Part shown: positions 46,610-55,630 of the stretch, one piece after another | How the letters are laid out: each line of letters starts with the position of its first letter | Numbering within the stretch: position 1 is the first letter of the stretch | Source: Polyangiales bacterium | Lineage (GTDB): Bacteria > Myxococcota_A > Polyangia > Polyangiales > Ga0077539 | Direction of reading: 5' to 3' | Assembly (NCBI GenBank): GCA_046351515.1 | Contig: JAXLYJ010000005.1 | Coordinates: 434,892 to 490,825 of the forward strand | Length of the DNA stretch: 55,934 bases | Notes under the pieces: model-generated | What the model was told of the DNA's origin: nothing | Databases searched by the model: none | Seen by the model: the letters and a program-made list of their open reading frames with translations, nothing else | Position numbers and translations under genes: made by a program

Positions 46610-48448
46610 ATGAAGCAATCGCGCGCCTTCGGTGTGTTGTCCGGTGTCTGCCTCACCGCGCTCGTGGGCTGTCCCAAACCTGTCGAGCCGCCTGCCGACG
46701 CGACGTCGGACATCGTCGAGAGCGACTCGACCATGGACGCCGCAGAAGCGGCTTGCGTCGACGGGTCTTGCAACAGCGCTGCGTTTCGAGCGGGACCGTA
46801 CGGCACGAGCCCGCGCGACCTCGCCGGGCCGTTCACGGTGCCGACCACGCAGGGGCCATGGTCATTCGAGCAGCAATTTACGGGACAAGATCACTACGTG
46901 TTCTTGGTCTACACGCCAGGCACGTTTCGGTTCTCGAACGGGACCGACCTGTCGCAAGCGCTCTTCGACGGCCCGCTCGACGAGCTGCTCAACAAGTCTC
47001 CGCGCAACGTCCACTACTTCTTCTTGTGGAACCGCAACGAGCAAGGCTTCAACGAGTTTGTCTCCAACGCGAACAACGCGTTCGCGCTCTTGTCGGCGGA
47101 CGATCAAGCGCACTGGCGTCCTCGCGTTCACTTCGTCACGCAGCAAGCGAACATGCTGCCCGGCTGGGTCGGAAACCTCGTGCGCACGCGCATCTCGGCG
47201 ATGCTCCCGTACAAGCGCTACGACCCGTTTCAGTTCGCGATCGACCGCAATCAACGCGTGCGCGAGGTCGGACAGCTCGGGACGCTCACGAACGGAGGGA
47301 TCGCTCCGGACCTGACGTTTCTCGCGCACGAGCCGCAGTACTACGAGTTCGAAGCGCAGCGCGAAGAGCGGCTTCGCGCGGACAACGCAACGGTCGTCAA
47401 CCTCGTGACCAACCAGCGCGTCGACTATTGGGAGGGGCCCCGCAACTGGCGCGACGCCGTTCAGTACGCCGAGGCCAACCTGCCCGACGCCGCGGCGATG
47501 GCGCGCTTCGATACGCTCGAGGTCGACTTCGAGATGCACTGCCCCTCGCATCGCGACGGCGAGTGCGGCGCGTGGGACTACATCGCTGACCTCCGCATCT
47601 GCGAAGACGTCGCTCCCTCGGCCGATGCGGGCGCGGACGGCGCGAGCGACGCAGCGAGCGCGGACGCCGCCGACACGGACGCGAGCGCCGGCGACGCCGC
47701 TGCCGATGCGAGCGGCGACGCGGCAGAAGAGACGTTTCGTCCTCGGCGCGCCGGCTGTGATCGCGAAGTGGCGCGCTGGATCACGCCGTACTGGCGCGAG
47801 GGACGATGGGTGACGGACATCTCGCAGATGCTCCCGCTCATCGCGCAGGGAGGGCGTCGGACGTTTCGTTGGTACAGCAAGCACCAGTTCGATCCGCGCG
47901 AGGTGCCGTACTACATCTCCCTGTCATTTCGCTTGTCGAATCGCAGTCGCGGGATGCGTCCGAGCGAGGTTCGCACGCTGTGGTCGAGCGAGGGCGAGGC
48001 CTTCAACAGCACGTACGACTCGAGGCACGCGCCGCAGACGTTCACCGTGCCCGCGGGCGTTCGCAAGGTCGAGCTGTACAGCTTGATCACCGGGCACGGC
48101 GCGGAGTCCGGCCAGTGCGCGGAGTTCTGCAATCACACGCACAGCTTCACCGTGAACGGCGCAGCACCTTCGGTGATCCGCTTCCCCGAAGCGCAGACGG
48201 GCGACGGCTGCGCGCTGCGCGTCAACGAAGGCGTCGCGCCCAACCAGCACGGAACCTGGTACTTCGGCCGCGGCGGCTGGTGCCCCGGTCAAGACGTGCG
48301 ACCGCACGTCACGGACATCACCGCGCAGCTCCGCATGGGCCAGAGCAACACCGTCGCGTACACGACCGGGCTCAACGGAAATCCGCTGACCGCAGGCCGC
48401 TCGTACGGCTCGATCAACCACGCCACGTACTTGATCTTCTGGCGCTGA
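46610..48448 (+). CDS. Hypothetical lipoprotein (612 aa) with an internal Ala/Asp-rich linker and a Cys-containing C-terminal domain
   Basis: Lipobox MKQSRAFGVLSGVCLTALVGC|P. RBS-like AAAGG read upstream. Linker ADAGADGASDAASADAADTDASAGDAAADASGDAAEE. C-terminal HGAESGQCAEFCNHTHSF…GGWCPGQDV. Confidence 0.75.
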   Translation: MKQSRAFGVLSGVCLTALVGCPKPVEPPADATSDIVESDSTMDAAEAACVDGSCNSAAFRAGPYGTSPRDLAGPFTVPTTQGPWSFEQQFTGQDHYVFLVYTPGTFRFSNGTDLSQALFDGPLDELLNKSPRNVHYFFLWNRNEQGFNEFVSNANNAFALLSADDQAHWRPRVHFVTQQANMLPGWVGNLVRTRISAMLPYKRYDPFQFAIDRNQRVREVGQLGTLTNGGIAPDLTFLAHEPQYYEFEAQREERLRADNATVVNLVTNQRVDYWEGPRNWRDAVQYAEANLPDAAAMARFDTLEVDFEMHCPSHRDGECGAWDYIADLRICEDVAPSADAGADGASDAASADAADTDASAGDAAADASGDAAEETFRPRRAGCDREVARWITPYWREGRWVTDISQMLPLIAQGGRRTFRWYSKHQFDPREVPYYISLSFRLSNRSRGMRPSEVRTLWSSEGEAFNSTYDSRHAPQTFTVPAGVRKVELYSLITGHGAESGQCAEFCNHTHSFTVNGAAPSVIRFPEAQTGDGCALRVNEGVAPNQHGTWYFGRGGWCPGQDVRPHVTDITAQLRMGQSNTVAYTTGLNGNPLTAGRSYGSINHATYLIFWR

Positions 48449-48470
48449 TTCTTCCCCGCGAATCGCGCGA

Positions 48471-48890
48471 TCAGCCCTTGCGTGTCTCGGGGTAGAGCAC
48501 CTCGCCCATCGTGCTCGTGAGCCAGGCGTACAGCTCGCTCTGCAGGCTCATCTCGATGAAGCTGTCGTCGCTCGCGCGGTGCACGAAGCGAAACGGTCCT
48601 GCGCTCTTGTCCATGCGCTCCCACGCCGTCACGATCGCGCCGATCGGCCGCTGCCACTCGATCGTGATCAGCCCCGGACGGTCCTTGCGAAACAGCTTCA
48701 GCTTGAGCCCGCCGTCGCGCTGAACGATCAGCCCCGCCGGAGCGTCTTCGCCCGTCAGGTCCGTCGCCAGGTCGATCATCGCCTCGACGCCGCGCTTGTG
48801 CGTGAGCTGCTCGCCGTCGTCGTTGAGCACCTCCTTCACCTGGCTCGAGAGGTTCTTCAGCAGGGTCTTTCCTTGCTCGCGTCCACTCAT
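48471..48890 (-). CDS. Hypothetical protein (139 aa)
   Basis: Clean high-GC3 frame with balanced composition (not Arg-rich), in a gap between convergent and divergent neighbours. No family recognised. Confidence 0.55.
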   Translation of the reverse strand: MSGREQGKTLLKNLSSQVKEVLNDDGEQLTHKRGVEAMIDLATDLTGEDAPAGLIVQRDGGLKLKLFRKDRPGLITIEWQRPIGAIVTAWERMDKSAGPFRFVHRASDDSFIEMSLQSELYAWLTSTMGEVLYPETRKG

Positions 48891-48919
48891 GCGGTGACGG
48901 TAGCATCCGCGCCGCTCTC

Positions 48920-51130
48920 ATGGCCCGCAACAAGCCCAGCAAGAACCCATCGACGACAACCCCTGAGCCCGCGCCGAGCAAGCCCGCGCGCGAAGAGCGC
49001 CCGAGCAAACAGTGGCTGCGCCGCGCGCACTTCGTCGCGCGATTGTCCCGCGCGTGGGACAGCCGCTTCGAAGCGATGGCGCGCACCGGCCGCATCGGTC
49101 GCTGGTACAGCGCCGTCGGCAACGAGATGACCACCGTCGGAGCCGCGCTCTTGCTCGAGCCCAACGACGCGCTCTCGACGGTGCACCGCGACCTCGGCTC
49201 GGTGCTCGCGACGTACCTCGACGTGACGCGATTGGCGCCCGCGCTGTTCGACGCGAGCGAGCGCACCGCGTGGGACGAGCGACGCGATGATCCCAAAGAG
49301 CTCGTGTATCGACTGTGCTGCCAGCTCTTGGGGCGACGCGATGGATTCACGCAGGGCGTGGACCGGTCGTTTCACTATGGGCAGATCGTTCCCGAGCGCG
49401 GCGTTCGCCACGTGGGGATGATCTCGCACCTCGGCTCGATGCTGCCCGTCGGCGCGGGGCTCTCGATGGCCTCGCTCATGGACGAGACGAAGAACCTCTG
49501 CTTGGGCTTCATCGGTGAGGGGGCGACTTCGCAAGGAGATTTCCACGAGACGCTCAACACCGTCGGCGTCGCCAGGCTGCCGTACGTGCTCGTGGTCGAG
49601 AACAACCAGTACGCGTTTTCGACGCCGATGGACGAGCAGTTCGCCTGTCGCTTCCTCGCCGATCGCGCCGCCGGCTACGGCATCGCCGGCGAGACCATCG
49701 ACGGAACGGACCTGTTCGCCGTCCACGACGCCATCGCTCGCGCCTACGATCGCGCGCGCTCGGGTCGCGGCGGAACGCTCATCGAAGCAGTCCTCCCGCG
49801 CATGCGCGGCCACGCCGAGGGCGACGGCAGCTACGAGCTGATCCCCGAGGACGTTCGCAAGGCGTTTCTCACACAAGATCCGCTGCCCAAGCTCGAAGCC
49901 AAGCTCATCGAGCGCGGCGTGATCGATCAAGCGCGCATCGACGCCGTGCAAGCCGCGGTGGTCGCGATCGTCGAAGAGGCGCTCGAGCGCGCGCTCGCGT
50001 GCCCCGAGCCCGATCTGTCCAACGCGACGCGGCCGATGTTCGCGCCCGGAGACGCGGCGGACGGCGAGGCGAAGCAGTTTCGCATCGAGGCCGGACGCGA
50101 CGTGCGCCCATCGTTGTGGAAGCCCGATTGGACGCCGGCGAGCGACGGTGCAGAGACCACGTACCTCGATGGAGTACGCCGCGCGATCCACGAAGAGATG
50201 CTCCGCGATCGCGGAGTGATGGTGATGGGCCAAGACGTCGCGCAGTTCGGCGGCGCGTTTCGCGCGACCAAGGGCCTGTACGAAGAGTTCGGGCGGCTTC
50301 GCGTGTTCAACACGCCGCTGCAAGAGTCAGCCACGATCGGAATGGCGCTCGGCCTCGCGCTCTCGGGCAAGCGACCGATCGTCGAGATGCAGTTCGCGGA
50401 CTTCGTCTCGTGCGGCTTCAACCAGATCGTGAACAACCTCGCGAAGACGTACTACCGCTGGAAGGGCGAGGTCCCCGTGGTGATTCGCTTGCCGTACGGC
50501 GGCGGCGTCGGCGCGGGGCCGTTTCACTCGCAGTCGCCCGAGGCGTGGTTCACGCACACGCCAGGGCTCGTCGTGCTCGCGCCGTCGACCGCGGCGGACG
50601 CATACGGAATGCTCAAGCGCGCGATCCGCGACCCCAACCCCGTGATCTTTCTCGAGCATCGGTTCTTGTATCGCCGCGAGAAGGACGTGCTGCCGTCGGG
50701 CGACGAGTACACCGTCGCGCTCGGCAAAGCGCGCGTGCTCCGCGAAGGCAACGAAGCAGGCGTCACGGTGCTCACCTGGGGCTGGTGCGTCGGAGAAGCG
50801 CTCGCCGCCGCAGAAGAGCTCGCGAAAGAGAACGTCGCCGTCGAAGTGGTCGACCTGCGCACGCTCTCGCCGCTCGACGAGGACACGATCTTCGCGAGCG
50901 TTCGAAAGACCGGAAAAGTCCTGGTCGTTCACGAAGCGACGATGACGGGCGGCTTCGGCGCCGAGCTCGTCGCGCGCATCGCCGATCGCTGCTTCGAGCA
51001 CCTCGACGGCCCCATTCGCCGCGTCGCGTACGCCGATCGCGCCGCGCCGTACAACAAGAAGCTCGAGGCGTCGCTGTTGCCCGATCGCGCGCGCGTGCTC
51101 GAGGCGCTGCGCAAGCTCGCTCGGTATTGA
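48920..51130 (+). CDS. Fused 2-oxoacid dehydrogenase E1 component, alpha (TPP-binding) plus beta (transketolase-like) subunits in one polypeptide
   Basis: TPP motif GFIGEGATSQGDFHETLN, then VVENNQYAFSTP. Beta part …EFGRLRVFNTPLQESATIGMALGLALSGKRPIVEMQFADF…. About 50-aa basic/Pro-rich N-terminal extension. Confidence 0.9.
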   Translation: MARNKPSKNPSTTTPEPAPSKPAREERPSKQWLRRAHFVARLSRAWDSRFEAMARTGRIGRWYSAVGNEMTTVGAALLLEPNDALSTVHRDLGSVLATYLDVTRLAPALFDASERTAWDERRDDPKELVYRLCCQLLGRRDGFTQGVDRSFHYGQIVPERGVRHVGMISHLGSMLPVGAGLSMASLMDETKNLCLGFIGEGATSQGDFHETLNTVGVARLPYVLVVENNQYAFSTPMDEQFACRFLADRAAGYGIAGETIDGTDLFAVHDAIARAYDRARSGRGGTLIEAVLPRMRGHAEGDGSYELIPEDVRKAFLTQDPLPKLEAKLIERGVIDQARIDAVQAAVVAIVEEALERALACPEPDLSNATRPMFAPGDAADGEAKQFRIEAGRDVRPSLWKPDWTPASDGAETTYLDGVRRAIHEEMLRDRGVMVMGQDVAQFGGAFRATKGLYEEFGRLRVFNTPLQESATIGMALGLALSGKRPIVEMQFADFVSCGFNQIVNNLAKTYYRWKGEVPVVIRLPYGGGVGAGPFHSQSPEAWFTHTPGLVVLAPSTAADAYGMLKRAIRDPNPVIFLEHRFLYRREKDVLPSGDEYTVALGKARVLREGNEAGVTVLTWGWCVGEALAAAEELAKENVAVEVVDLRTLSPLDEDTIFASVRKTGKVLVVHEATMTGGFGAELVARIADRCFEHLDGPIRRVAYADRAAPYNKKLEASLLPDRARVLEALRKLARY

Positions 51131-51138
51131 GCGACCGC

Positions 51139-51438
51139 TCAGCGCGCGACGCAGTGCCCCTGCTCGCAGCGTCCGCGGCGGGGCATGCAGAACGGGGCGG
51201 GCGTAACGTGGCACTCGGGCGTCTCGATCGCAGGGTCGTTCGCCGCGATGGGCTCGCCGCACGATTGGGCGCGGTAGCAGACGCCGCACTCGCCGTCGGC
51301 GGCGCACGCGATGGTCGAGCTCGACTGCAGTGACGCGGTCGGGCTCGCGGCCGCCGCCTGGTTGGCCGTGGCGGGCTGCTGACGCGAAGCACACGAAATC
51401 AAAGCGCTACCTGCGAGCACGAGGGCCAGGATTCTCAT
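51139..51438 (-). CDS. Small Cys-rich lipoprotein (about 80-aa mature, 9 Cys)
   Basis: MRILALVLAGSALISC|AS lipobox. Mature part …CAADGECGVCYRAQSCGEPI…ECHVTPAPFCMPRRGRCEQGHC. Placed 58 bp downstream of the cyclase gene on the same strand. Confidence 0.5.
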   Translation of the reverse strand: MRILALVLAGSALISCASRQQPATANQAAAASPTASLQSSSTIACAADGECGVCYRAQSCGEPIAANDPAIETPECHVTPAPFCMPRRGRCEQGHCVAR

Positions 51439-51496
51439 GGCCCAGGATTTCAGCACATCGCGCGCGACGCTGTCGCCTTTCTTGCGCGCGCAGCGC

Positions 51497-53110
51497 TCAC
51501 CCGAGAAGCGGAGAAAACCGCAGCGGCTCAGCGACGTTCTTCACCTTGGCGTCGCGCTCAGCGCCGAAGGTAAACCCGTGTGCGTCTCCGAGCGCCGCGA
51601 TGGCCTCGCGCATCACGAGGATCTCGTTGCGGTCGGCGCAGCCCTGCAGCCGCGCGGTGTTGTTCATCCCGGACGAGAACCCGGTGAAGTTGTCGTTGGG
51701 TCCGAAGCGGCCGACGAAGAGCGGCGCGAGATTGACGCCCGTGCTCACAGCGAGGCCCGACTCGCGCAGGTGCTCGAAGCCCGGCCGCGAGGGAAAATCC
51801 ACGGTCATCGCGCGAATGTCCCGCGCGCACTCGATCGCGCGCCGCGCTCGCTCGCCCTCGGAGACGTCGTAGAAGGGCGGGCCGAACAGCGCGATGATGC
51901 AGTCGCCGACCATCTTGTCGAAGACGCCGCCGTGCTTCCACACGAGGTCGACGGCCTCGTGCGACCAGCGCTCGACGAGCTCGGCGACGTTGCTGGGCGT
52001 CTTGAGCACGGTCTCCGAGAGCTTGGTGAAGCCCGAAATGTCGATGAAGACGATCCCGACGTTGGCCTCGCGGGGCGAGAGGTAGCGCTTCTCGTAGCCG
52101 TCCTCGATGAGCAATCGCGCGACGTCTTCAGCGCGAAACGAGCGGTGAAGCGTGCGCCACTCTTTGTTGAAGTCGACGACGCGCTGACGGATGAAGCCCG
52201 AGAAGCCCGAGAGCAGCTCGCGGTCGTAGGTGTTGAAGGCGCCGACGTTGGAGGTGACGAGGAGCTTGCCGACGACGGTGGTGGTCGTGACGCCGTTGAT
52301 GAGGACTTCTTCTTGCGCGCGCTCGAAGCCGAAGCGACGCAGGAGCGCGTCGTCGCCCGAGCGCAGATGGCTCCGCGCTTGTTCGCGGATGGCGTCCTCG
52401 TCGGGGTGCGCGGGAAGGGCGCCCATCGTGTCGACTTGGAGCTTTCCTTTCTCGAAGACCTGCACGTGCACGGTGCTCGATGCGTCCTCTTCTGCCACCA
52501 CCACGAGCAGCAATCGATCGAGCGGAACGCTCTTGGCCAGAACCCCCACCGCCTTCTGCAGCCCCTCGGCGAGCACGCGATGCTTGAGCGCGTCTCCGAG
52601 CGACATCATCACCTGATGCCGCTCTCTCGCCGCACGAATCGAATACAAAAAATTGTCGACCTCTTCGCACATCACGTTGAGCAGCGCCGCGATGTGCTCG
52701 GGGTCCTGCGCGGCCTTGCTGCTCGCGTCGAGCACGACGCCCGCCTGTCCGAACCACTCTCCCGCGACGTCCAACGGCTGCGCGACGACCACCACGTCGT
52801 TGCGCGCGAGCGTGATCGCGTCGCCGTCGCGCCCGGTCTTGTCGAGCACCTCGTCGTAGCAAGGCACGACGCTGTTGCGCGGGTGCGTCACGGTCGTGAG
52901 CGACAGATCCTCAGCAAAAGACCGGACAAACGCCTGCTTCGCCCCGACCATCGCGCACAGCGCAGGGAGCACGTGCGCCATCGTGTCCGCGAGCGAGCGC
53001 CGCGCCTGCAGCGACTCTTCGATGAGGTCATCGATGCGCTCGTTGAGCGCGATCATCTGCTTTGCCTTGTCGAGTTGGCGACGAAGCTCCCCTGCGTCCT
53101 CGGTGGTCAT
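51497..53110 (-). CDS. Class III adenylate/guanylate cyclase with N-terminal GAF-like sensory region
   Basis: CHD motifs VGIVFIDISGFTKLSE…MVGDCIIALFG…GVNLAPLFVGRFG…GMNNTARLQ. 537 aa. Confidence 0.85.
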   Translation of the reverse strand: MTTEDAGELRRQLDKAKQMIALNERIDDLIEESLQARRSLADTMAHVLPALCAMVGAKQAFVRSFAEDLSLTTVTHPRNSVVPCYDEVLDKTGRDGDAITLARNDVVVVAQPLDVAGEWFGQAGVVLDASSKAAQDPEHIAALLNVMCEEVDNFLYSIRAARERHQVMMSLGDALKHRVLAEGLQKAVGVLAKSVPLDRLLLVVVAEEDASSTVHVQVFEKGKLQVDTMGALPAHPDEDAIREQARSHLRSGDDALLRRFGFERAQEEVLINGVTTTTVVGKLLVTSNVGAFNTYDRELLSGFSGFIRQRVVDFNKEWRTLHRSFRAEDVARLLIEDGYEKRYLSPREANVGIVFIDISGFTKLSETVLKTPSNVAELVERWSHEAVDLVWKHGGVFDKMVGDCIIALFGPPFYDVSEGERARRAIECARDIRAMTVDFPSRPGFEHLRESGLAVSTGVNLAPLFVGRFGPNDNFTGFSSGMNNTARLQGCADRNEILVMREAIAALGDAHGFTFGAERDAKVKNVAEPLRFSPLLG

Positions 53111-53140
53111 AGCCGAGGATCGTACGCGAACGGCGCACGC

Positions 53141-53989
53141 TCAGGGGAGTGGCGACGCGTCAGAGTCGCTCGCATCGCGCTCTGCTCGAATGTCTTCTTC
53201 GCGCGTCTTGCAGAGGCGATCCCAGAGCGTAAACGCCTCGCCGAAGTTCACCTCGGCGTTGGCGTGGTGCCGGTTGTGAAACACCGAGCTGTTGAGCCGC
53301 ACCGGGGCGAGCAGCCGCTCGAGCAGCTCGATGCGCACGCCGCAGTGCAAGTAGTAGTTGAGCGCGATGAACCCTCCGACCATCGCGAAGTAGAGCGGCG
53401 CCCAGTGCGTCGCCTTCGGATGGGCCACGAGCAACAAGGGCCAGAACGTCAGCAGCGCTTCAACCGGCCCCACCGAGAATCCCGAGAGCGCGTTGGGGTC
53501 TCGGTACATGTGATGCCCGCGGTGAAACACGAAGAGCAAGCGTGAGTGCAAGATCCGGTGCTTCCAGTACAGCCACGCGTCGAGCACGAGGATCCCGAGC
53601 AGCGTCTGCGGAATCGCGATCCACCCGCCCGCTTCGTCGAGCGACCACACCAGACCGATGGGCCGCCCCGTCCACGCGCGCCACAACGGCCACGCGAGCA
53701 AGCACGCCGCGACCCACATCGCGAGGCTCGTGTCCCACAATCCCTCGCCCAGACGCGCGCTGCCGCGACGAACGCCCTGCAGTCGAACGACCTGCTTTTC
53801 TCCCCACCACGTGACCACCGCCGCGCCGCCCGCGACCGCGGTCACCACGCCCGCGAAGCCCGCGGCGAGCGCGAGGTACCACGTCGCTCGATGGTCTGGC
53901 GCGAGCAACCCCAGCAGCGGAAGCCCCACGACGACCAGCGCGTCGATCACCTGTCCAGTGCGCTTCGAGAGAGCGAGCGAAGAAGCCAA
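53141..53989 (-). CDS. Fatty-acid hydroxylase / sterol desaturase superfamily membrane enzyme
   Basis: Three His boxes (HRILHS, HRGHHMY, HNRHHAN) within four TM helices. Confidence 0.85.
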   Translation of the reverse strand: MASSLALSKRTGQVIDALVVVGLPLLGLLAPDHRATWYLALAAGFAGVVTAVAGGAAVVTWWGEKQVVRLQGVRRGSARLGEGLWDTSLAMWVAACLLAWPLWRAWTGRPIGLVWSLDEAGGWIAIPQTLLGILVLDAWLYWKHRILHSRLLFVFHRGHHMYRDPNALSGFSVGPVEALLTFWPLLLVAHPKATHWAPLYFAMVGGFIALNYYLHCGVRIELLERLLAPVRLNSSVFHNRHHANAEVNFGEAFTLWDRLCKTREEDIRAERDASDSDASPLP

Positions 53990-54117
53990 GCGAACCTCCG
54001 TGAATCGAACTTCGTTACTCCGTGTAACGCATATCGATACAGCGTGTCCATGCGACGGCGGCCTTGTGCAACTACCTGCCGACGAGCCTCGGACCGCTGT
54101 AGAGTGCGAGCGAATCG

Positions 54118-54831
54118 ATGGCGGTCGATCGCAAGCTGAAGGCGAAGAAGGGCGCGCGCGGGGCGAAGGGCGAGGCGGTGACGAGCCGGGTTCCGCCCGA
54201 CGAACGACGAGCGCAGCTGGTGCACGTCGCCTCGGAGCTGCTGACCGCGCACGGGCTCGAGATGGTGCAGATCAAAGAGGTCGCCGAGCGCGCGGGCGTC
54301 TCTCGACCGCTGGTGTACCGGCTGTTTCCCACGCGCAAGGCGCTCGTTCGCGCGGTGCTCGACGAGTTCGCGACGGACCTCGCGCGGCGCTTTCACCGCG
54401 CGCTCATCGAGGGGTGGCCTGGGACGCTCGAGCGCGCGACGGGCGCGTTCATCAGCGCGTGCTGCGACGCCATCGAAGCCAACGGCGCCGGACCGTGGCT
54501 CTTGCTCGACGCGCACGCGGTCGAACCCGAGCTCGCCCGCCTCGGGCGCGCCACGCTCGACTCGCTGCTCGAACCCTGGGAGCGCAAGCTCGCCGAGCTC
54601 GGGGGACTCGCGCCCCGCCGCGCGCGCGCCGTCCTGCGCATCGTGGTGGCCGCTGGACGAGCCGCGCTCGACGGCTGGCTCGAAGGCACGAGCTCGCGCG
54701 CGCAAGCGACGCAAGACGCCGTGCGAACCGTGACGGCGCTGCTGCAAGCGCTCGCGGTCGAGCGCGGCGAGGCAGCGAGCGAGAGCGCGCCCACGAAATC
54801 AACTGCGCGCAAGTCTGCTGCGCGTCGCTGA
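54118..54831 (+). CDS. TetR-family transcriptional regulator
   Basis: HTH IKEVAERAGVSRPLVYRLFPTRKAL with a helical ligand-binding C-terminal domain. Confidence 0.85.
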   Translation: MAVDRKLKAKKGARGAKGEAVTSRVPPDERRAQLVHVASELLTAHGLEMVQIKEVAERAGVSRPLVYRLFPTRKALVRAVLDEFATDLARRFHRALIEGWPGTLERATGAFISACCDAIEANGAGPWLLLDAHAVEPELARLGRATLDSLLEPWERKLAELGGLAPRRARAVLRIVVAAGRAALDGWLEGTSSRAQATQDAVRTVTALLQALAVERGEAASESAPTKSTARKSAARR

Positions 54832-54933
54832 GCTGCGACATTGCGCCGCAGCGCGATCGCGAAGCGCTCCCCAAGCACGCTGGCTCCTACGAATCGCCGC
54901 AGATCGAGCGGCGCTTCGAGAGTGAGGAGTCTC

Positions 54934-55626
54934 ATGATGTACCGGCTTGCTTCGGCGCTCGTGATCGCAGCGGGAGTTCACGCGTGTGGCGCGCCGCTCG
55001 TCTCGGGCGACGCCTCGAGCGACGCTGCGTCGACCGACGCCGTGAGCGTGTCCGACGCAGCGTCGGACCGCGCCGCTGACGCAGCGAGCGACGGAGGCGC
55101 GATCGCGGCGCTCTCCCAGCAAGAGTCCGACGATCTTCGCTTCTTGCGCGAAGAAGAGAAGCTCGCGCGCGACGTGTACACAGCGCTCGCGCCGCAGGTA
55201 GCGATGGTGTTCACGAACATCGCAATGAGCGAACAACGGCACATGGACCAGGTGCTCGGGTTGCTCACGACGTACGGGCTCGCCGATCCAGCCGCGGGAA
55301 TGGCCGCGGGTGCCTTCGCGAACCCCACGCTGCAGGCGCTCTCCACGACGCTCGTTCAGCGCGGATCGACCTCGGCCAACGCCGCGCTCGCGGTGGGCGC
55401 TGAGATCGAAGAGCTCGACATCGCGGACATCCGTCGCCTGCGAACGCACACGACCCGGCCGGACATCATCGCGGTGTACGACTCGCTCGAGCTCGGCTCA
55501 CGCAACCATCTGCGCACGTTCTACAGCCGAATTGTCGCGGCGGGATCGACGTACACGCCGACGCACCTCGATCAGGCTTCGTTCGACGCGATCGTGAACT
55601 CGCCCCGCGAAATGGGCGGCAACTGA
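54934..55626 (+). CDS. Secreted DUF2202 (ferritin-like superfamily) protein
   Basis: Signal peptide MMYRLASALVIAAGVHACGAP. Motifs EEEKLARDVY…FTNIAMSEQRHMD…LLTTYG. GAGGAG RBS read about 6 nt upstream of the ATG. Confidence 0.8.
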   Translation: MMYRLASALVIAAGVHACGAPLVSGDASSDAASTDAVSVSDAASDRAADAASDGGAIAALSQQESDDLRFLREEEKLARDVYTALAPQVAMVFTNIAMSEQRHMDQVLGLLTTYGLADPAAGMAAGAFANPTLQALSTTLVQRGSTSANAALAVGAEIEELDIADIRRLRTHTTRPDIIAVYDSLELGSRNHLRTFYSRIVAAGSTYTPTHLDQASFDAIVNSPREMGGN

Positions 55627-55630
55627 TCGA

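Noticed and set aside
46862-51333. ORFs 46862..47884 (-), 48887..50323 (-), 49999..51333 (+)
   Set aside because: Shadow frames of the lipoprotein and E1 dehydrogenase genes.
51437-53545. 702-aa plus-strand ORF
   Set aside because: Antisense to the adenylate cyclase and desaturase genes. Arg/Asp-rich.
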